A program made the position numbers and the translations under genes. The notes beneath the pieces are model-generated. The model was not told where the DNA came from. It ran no database searches and worked only from the letters and a program-made list of their open reading frames with translations. 64,000 nt of DNA, from NCBI RefSeq assembly GCF_018977255.1, contig NW_024704743.1, positions 67,272,001 to 67,336,000 on the forward strand, read 5' to 3'. The stretch is from Callorhinchus milii. Lineage: Eukaryota. Positions 56,946-64,000 of this stretch are shown here, piece by piece; positions within the stretch are counted from its first letter, which is position 1, and the number at the start of each line of letters is the position of its first letter.

Positions 56946-57655
56946 AAGTGCAAATTACTGTTGTTCCCGTAAATAATTCAGCATTATTTAATAATTAAAT
57001 AAGACTTAAGAAAAAACCTCCTTGCTCCAATTGTTCTGACACTGTAGCATCTTAGATTGTTCAAAGGTAAACCTAAAGCAATTGAACATTCAGCAGTCGA
57101 TATGGTTGATGATTGATGTGAGGACCAGAAGCAAGATGCACATGTTGAGAGGGGGGGTGGACATTAGAAAAAATAATTTGAGACACTAAATTTAAAAAAA
57201 AAGGGTTTCAATTGGTTTCTTCCTCTTGTGTTGGAATTTATCAAACCTGCTTTCTGGTGCTGTGCAAGTGATTCATTTATTACAGAGCAATGAAAATGTG
57301 AGCAGATGCTTTGAACAGCAGTATTATTGTTAGACACAGCTCTGTGTCTCTCTGGGGTACCACAAACCACCCCAGTGATGTGTGTGCAAGCAGTACATGT
57401 TACCATAACCCATTTCTGCACCATATTGACTGTTGCCACTGACCATTATTACTGGTGTTAAATTGCTTCCACATGTTTACACATCAATCATCAACCATAT
57501 CAACCGCTGAATGTTCAATTGCTTTAGGTTTACCTTTGAACAATCTAAGATGCTACAGTGTCAGAGCGATTGAAGCAAGGAAGGTATCTTTTAAGTCTTA
57601 TTTAATTATTAAAATAATGCTGAATTATTTACAGGAACAACAGTAATTTGCACTT
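56946..57655. repeat. Inverted repeat: arms 56946-57120 and 57480-57655, 359 bp spacer
   Basis: Arms are reverse complements with about a dozen differences in ~175 bp (by-eye alignment). Confidence 0.95.
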
Positions 57656-57722
57656 CTACCGGACTTTTCACACAAGGAAAATGTCTCAAATAGTTTCCTT
57701 CACAGACTGAATAACAACAACA

Positions 57723-57790
57723 AATTACATTTGTATAGCGCCTTTCACTCAATATTATTATTGAGTGAAAGATACTATACAAATGTAATT
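57723..57790. repeat. 68 bp hairpin built from two head-to-head L2 tails
   Basis: 32 bp arms with 3 mismatches and a 4 nt loop (ttat). Confidence 0.9.
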
Positions 57791-58522
57791 AATAATCATA
57801 ATATTATTATTAATAATAAATTAAACTTCTGGTCTGGTTTTAAAAAAAAGAGAGAATGTAAAAGACGGTGACTCAGTAATACAGCGAACTGAAGCTCCAC
57901 AAATAATAGGCAAATGAACATGACTGGGCATAGGAATTAATCCCCTACAGCCAGTTTGTTTGGTTAGCAATGTTTAACAGAGGGATGCTCTTTCTTGTGT
58001 ATATACTGGAAGGTTGGGGTGAAATGTTTGCAAAACTCTACAATTACATTTGTCATAACCCTTTGAATTTCCTCAGGGATGCTAAATTCATTCACCAAGA
58101 ACAGAGTTTGGTTTAAATACTGCCAGATTGATGCCTTCAAACTCTTGTCTATTGGATAGATTGGATAATCTGTTGGAATGGTTTTATGTAAAGTAGGTTT
58201 GATAAGCGTTAATCTAGTTCTTATCCAGTGCTTTTCTCACCCTAATCCTTTGACTTCACTGCTCCAACCCATGCTTTTGACCACTTTTCCTCTCCTCTCC
58301 CCTCCTTAAATCCATTCCCTTCCCTCCTTTCCCCACCTCCCACGTACTGTTGTTTTGGGGTGAGGACATGGCATATTATTGTCCTTTATTTGTACTTAAC
58401 TGGCAACGTTATGCAGTGGAGTCATAGGATAGCTGATGTGACAAATGGAAAGCATGGATTGCTTTTATGAGGGTTGGGGTTGAGGTATATTGCTGAGGTA
58501 GAGGGAGCTTTACTCTCACTAA

Positions 58523-58950
58523 CTGTCAGCCAGGCTCAGTTGGTAACACTCTGACCTTCGAGTCACAAAATTGTGGGTTCCTCATGTCGGGACCTGGAAT
58601 TCACAAAGTCTAAGATGAAACTCCAATTTTAGTGCTGGAGGTGTGCTACATTATTGGAGTGCCATCCTTCAGATGAGATATTAAACTAACGCTCTGTCTT
58701 CCCATTCAGGCAATCGTTAAAATCCCGTGGCACTATTCGAGAAGAAAAGGAAGTTTCTCCAGATGTCCTGGTCAACATTCCCCAAAATAAAATGGCTGTT
58801 TGTGGGACATTGCTATGCATAAATTGGCTGCTGCATTCACACACTGTGTTCAGTCACTCCACTTTAAAGTATATCCTCTGAAGTGTTTTGGGACATCTTC
58901 TTGATGTGAAAGGCACTGAACCAAATGTAACGATTATTATTATTATTACT
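58523..58950 (+). mobile_element. Older Deu-domain SINE
   Basis: Near full length with (att)n tail. Further partial copies lie near 8185, 13070, 13670, 22750, 23015, 24590, 25965, 33100, 35628 and 49055. Confidence 0.8.
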
Positions 58951-59319
58951 ATACAGTGTTTGGAAAGACTCAACCCTGAAACCAGAGCTTCTTGAAATGG
59001 GAAAGTATTACACTTTGCTGCACTAACGTCTCTCGCCAGGTTAAGTTTATAATCCAAGGCAAACTTTTTTGTTAGAAAAGAGTATTTAAAAGTTAACATT
59101 CACCCCTGAAAACCAAATAACTGGCTGCCAATGCTCTTGATGGAGCATGCAGCCTTTCAATTGAAATTCATCCAATGTGCTGCCAGGACAAATTCATTTC
59201 TGAACCAACCCACCATCTGGCCCTTTATGTGAGTTTAAACTTTGCATCTGAAAAGAATAGGCTCAGGTGATTGTGATTCACTTATGGATATTTGTCAGAG
59301 TTCACCAGAGTTGGGGTGA

Positions 59320-59925
59320 ATCCCAGATCTGAAAAGAGGAAACGTAACTCCTGTCTTTAAAACAGCCACGAGGGATGAGCCATCAGACTTCAGACTGGTA
59401 AGCCTTCAGTCAATGGTGGGAAACCGTTTGAAACAACGATGAGGGATTGTATAAGAGATCACCTTGAGGGACACAGGATAATCAGAGACAGCCAGCTTGC
59501 CTTTTGGAGTGGAAAGTCGTGCTTAGCAAATTTATTGAATTTCTTTGAGGAAGCGACAGATCTGGTGGCTAGAGGTGAGATGCTGGTTGTTAGACCTGCA
59601 TTTCGGAAAGGCATTTCACATAATAGACTACAACACAAGGTTCAGACCCATGGGATAGATGGAAATGTACTGTATTAAACAGGTGATTTGATAGAAAGCA
59701 ACACATAGTGGTGTGTGAGGAAGAATTTGCCTGGGGGCCATATGTAAGTATTTGTGTCATGGGGGTCGGAACTGAGACCATTGATTATTTAAAATTGTTA
59801 TAAATTATTTGGAGACTAGTATCCTAATAAAGGCGTCTAAATTTACAGATGACATCAAATTGTGAGGTGTGGAATGTGAAGAGAATTAAGGTACACAAAT
59901 TTGGAAAGATCTGGAGAAATTGGGT
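59320..59925 (+). mobile_element. Old degraded CR1 RT fragment
   Basis: IRDSQ..F.SGKSCLANLLNFFEEAT, with a SKFTDD-like remnant. Confidence 0.75.
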
Positions 59926-61930
59926 ATATTTTTACTCAAATCGGTAGCACTCACACTTCTGAGTCAGGTTAAATTGGTAATCTGTATGCTGTGCAATTTG
60001 GTTGTGTCTAGGATAATATTGAAATGATAGAACTGTGAGCATAAACTCTGATTATTCCCTCATATCTTCAACTACCAGCAACCTGAAGATTCCACAGGCA
60101 GGGTATGTTTCACAAGATTATGATATTGAGCACACAAAAAAGCAGAGCTCATCTGGTAAATAGAAAATCATGCTGCAAAATGACTGTGAATCAACAACGC
60201 AAACTATGTGGTGCAATGAATGAATTAACGACTGTCTTAATGTCTGAGGAATCCCAGTGTTCCAAGAATTGAGGGAGACAAGCCTATATTGTTGCTTTAA
60301 GCACTTTGAGTCATCCTCTCGACATAAAAAGTGGTATATAAATGTAAACTATATTGAACAAGAATAGTGATGCAAAGCAATCTTGGTTTGGATACTCTAC
60401 CTATGTGTCAGACAACTGATTGACCAAAGCAGCCTGGAAAACAATGACAGCATATGCAGTTTACAGCACGAGTATATTTCAAAATCCCAACGTTTGGGTT
60501 GAAGACCTGAATCCAGCAGAACATTACTACTAATTGGTCCAGTGGAAGCTTAAAATGCAATGTGGGTTGTGTCAGATCCTGGACTTTGCATAATAAGCAG
60601 TTTGGTTCGCAAAACACTGCAAATCTAGAAGCAGGAGAACATTATTATATTTTTCCAAGTCAAGAGATAATATTCCTTGTAATTTCAAGGTGGATAATTA
60701 TAATGCTGCATGGAGACAGAAAAAATATTAAGTGCAGGGGTGATGTACAAATCATGCTGAATTGTAGCTGTCAAAATACTTTTGCTTATGCTTTTTAAAG
60801 CATCTGTTGGAAACAATACATTTTGTGTTTTTTTTCTATCAATCAATATAAAGCTATGTGTTTATCCATCTTTGTTATGAATGCAATATTTAGTTAATCA
60901 ATGAAATCTTGTAATCTCACTGCTTAGTAAATCCAGGATCAGCAATCCAGCTGCCTGCCTCGTGTGATTACAGCGTGCATTTTATCCACATAATCTGCAG
61001 TTACATGGTATACTCATATTTAAATTTGCCAACTGTCTTCGGCATAAGCTCTCTCCAACTGTTACTGCCTAACGTTGTTGCAGCACAAACAAGGAATCTA
61101 TATTCTTATGGAGGCGCTTAACTTGTTGAAAAGACTGTTGAAACAGGTGTGCAATTAGTTCTATCTTGCACTTCGAAATTTTTCTTCATCAAATATTTCT
61201 ACAGTTCACTGTGTATATTAGAAAAACCTAAAAAAAACAATAGAGCCCTATCAAAAACAGGCTAGTTGGAGATCCATAAAGTCTCAAACAGCCTTATAAT
61301 GGGGGTGCAAACAACAACATTTATTTACTTATTTAGCACTTTCACATAAGATTTTTGATGCAGAAGATAGCCATACTGAAAATGTATTGCAAAAAACAAC
61401 TCCACACCTCACACTGCAGATTTAGGTTAGTCTTCTCTCATTGAATGAACACACTCTGACTTAGAATCAATATTGCCTGGCCTGGTATGCAATTATGCTG
61501 TTTTTCTCAATGCGCAGTTACTGAATAATAACCAGACAAGCAACATCTAGGGTTGATTTACCATTTAGCTAATTTGGATCAGAAGCACAATGCACATGGA
61601 TATATAGCTACCTTTAAATATGGACTATATTGGAAATGTTTAATTTGGATCATTTTAGTAACAAGCTGACAGGTAGCTGGAGTCCTGCTTGTGGCAAAAC
61701 AGCATTGTGAATCTCTATCACTCGAACACCATCACTGTCATTCTGCACCAATCTTCTGCTCTCACTGTCAGGTTGTATCTGAACTTTTTTTGAGATGGAG
61801 TGAAAGATAATCTGAGCGGAAAACAAAACTGGAAAATCATTGGAATAGATCTGATCACCACTGACAAGTGCTCACTCAGTAGGGAAAGCAAAAGTGGATA
61901 ACACTACAGAAACATTCTGCCTGTCTCCTT

Positions 61931-62362
61931 CACATAGAATCATAGAATATTACTGCACAAAAGGATGCCATTCGGCCCCTCGCGCCTGTGCCGGCTCTTT
62001 GTACTCATTCAGCTATGCCTTCTGCATCCACAAAAAGTCTTCCTTTTTGGTCCCTAATCGGCCCAACCCTTGCATTAGACCATCCTTTTACTCTTTATAT
62101 GTTTATAAAAGACTCTAGTGTTCCCTTTTATGTTACCCGCTAATCTTTTCTCATAAGCTCTCTTTGCCCCGCGTATTTACTTTTTCAGTTCTCCTCTGCA
62201 TTTTCTGTATTCTGTTTGATTCTCTACTATATTTTGAACCTGACATTTATCATAAGCCTCCTTTTTCTGTTTAATTTTAGTCCCAATTTCCTACTCATAC
62301 AGCGGGCTCTAGCTTTGACTATCCTACCTTTTCCCCTCATGGGAATGTATTTAGTCTATCCT
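61931..62362 (-). mobile_element. Internally deleted CR1 copy
   Basis: 3' tail (61931-62000) is joined directly to sequence homologous to 53700-53990. Confidence 0.8.
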
Positions 62363-62364
62363 TA

Positions 62365-62730
62365 AGTCCTGTAGCTCAGTGGTGAGAGCACTCGCCTCGC
62401 AAGCGAGAGACCTGGGTTTGATTCCCGGCAGGGCGATACGTTGGGCAAGTTTTTCTTACTCCATACACCTCTAGCAGTAAGTAGGAACCCAGTTGTTAGT
62501 TGATTGGCTGATTGCTTTTCCGGGGGCAATAATTCCTTCAAAAAAAAATAATAACATAATGTTCACTCAATCCATGACTGTTTGTGGGACATTGCAGTGT
62601 GCTCTTCGCTGCCGCGTTTCGCCCACAAAATATAGTCAATCCACTTTACATTATATTATGTGAAGCACTTTGAGAGGTGTCAAAGACTTGATAAGGTACT
62701 ATATCAAATGCAAGGATTATTATTATTATT
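62365..62730 (+). mobile_element. Young tRNA-Ala-headed SINE, long form
   Basis: Full head with CGC anticodon loop, central block and tail. Confidence 0.9.
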
Positions 62731-62937
62731 AAGTACACCCAGAACCACATCTGAACATTTCTTCTTTAATTCTGACATTAATTTCTGATGAAAAAGCACA
62801 AGAAACAAGTAATAATATAATAATCATTACATTTGAAATAGCATCTTTCATGTCGGGAGGACATCTCAAAACGCTTCACAGAATTTATTGTAAAGTGTAG
62901 TGACCGTGTATTTTATTGGAGATAGATTGCCCAGTTA

Positions 62938-63253
62938 TTGTGGAGTCCTGTAGCTCAGTGGTTAGAGCACTCGCTTTGCAAGTGAGAGACCTGAGTTCAA
63001 TTCCAGGCAGGGCGAAACCTTGGGCAAGTTTCCTTACTCCACACGCCTAATAATAATCCCTCCAAAAACAAAAACAATAATAAATTGGTCATTTTCAATC
63101 TACGACTGTTTGTGGGACATTGCTGTGCGCAATTGGCTGCCGCGTTCGCCCACAAATATACAGTCAATTCACTTTACAGTCTATTCTGTGAAGCGCTTTG
63201 GGACGTCCTCCCGACGTGAAAAGCGCTATATCAAATGCAAGGATTATTATTAT
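62938..63253 (+). mobile_element. Young tRNA-Ala-headed SINE, short form
   Basis: Full head, short-form junction, and a tail nearly identical to the local L2 3' end. Confidence 0.9.
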
Positions 63254-63431
63254 ATAGAAGCCAATTTTCACCCGCAAATTTAGTATGCTTAACAGCCTTC
63301 ACAAAAACATTGTAAAATTATAATACATGTGATACATATAGGGCTTGGAGTGTTTCGTAATGGGATTACTTAATAATGACCCTGATGTACATCACCTTGA
63401 TCCAGGGAAATCCACAACAGAAGTAAATCAT

Positions 63432-64000
63432 GAATTAAACTTCAAGCTTCCAATGGAAAAAAAGAAACAAATCGAATGAATGAAAAATGTACTTCATTCC
63501 AATTTCCAATTCAGTTCAGAGCTTTTCCCTAATGAATAAATTCATAAAATACTAAGAATTACAAATATTTGCAACTTGGAGTCAGTATTACAGAATCTCA
63601 TAAAGAAATGCCACTATTTTAGATACCCAGTATTAAAAAAAATTAACCAAAATCTATCAGAGGATGAAAAGCAAGCAAATCCTAATGAAGTGTACAGCTC
63701 CTCTCTAACCAGTTGGTTCCCAGCTCTAGTCAGAACTACAGAAAATAATAGCTTCATTCTCGGGGTGCACGTGATCCATGGAATCGTCAGGTGACAGAGA
63801 CTTTTCATATCCTAATTACCCAAAGTAACTGGAGCGCAGACCCCAGGTGACAATTTGCATTTTTCTGCAACCTTTCGCAGAATTAAACTTCAAGCTCCCA
63901 ATGGAAAAAAAAGGAACAAATCGAATGAATACAAATTGACTTCATTGCAATTTCCAATTCAGTTCGGAGCTTTTCCTTGATGAATAAATTCATAAAATAC
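63432..64000 (+). repeat. Direct repeat: 63432-63552 recurs at 63880-64000 and runs off the window
   Basis: gaattaaacttcaagct..caatggaaaaaaa...gaataaattcataaaatac occurs twice, offset 448 bp, roughly 85-90% identical. Confidence 0.92.

Overview
Eukaryotic vertebrate DNA, almost certainly from a cartilaginous fish. This rests on the repeat landscape (Deu-domain SINEs, CR1, L2, Penelope-like fragments); a chimaera is my guess. The whole window lies inside one large minus-strand gene, contactin-associated protein-like 2 (CNTNAP2/Caspr2). Five coding exons are visible, equivalent to human exons 16-20: 47094-46924, 22670-22452, 17570-17334, 6941-6717, and 74-<1 (cut by the window edge). All visible splice sites are canonical GT-AG and phase 1, and the exons join into one open frame (LamG3-EGF2-LamG4 region). 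The other ~98% is intron, dense with retroelements: a young tRNA-Ala-headed SINE in long and short forms, older Deu-type SINEs, CR1 and L2 fragments, small MITEs and Penelope-like relics. I found no bacterial-type system and cannot claim a new biological system. The best leads are an unexplained coding-like island at ~40.3-40.7 kb, a ~175-bp-arm inverted repeat at 56.9-57.7 kb, head-to-head fold-backs of LINE 3' ends, inverted young SINEs bracketing frame-symmetric exons, a degenerate hammerhead motif, and several repeat-free candidate conserved non-coding elements. Repeat boundaries were read by eye and are approximate; exon boundaries were counted exactly.
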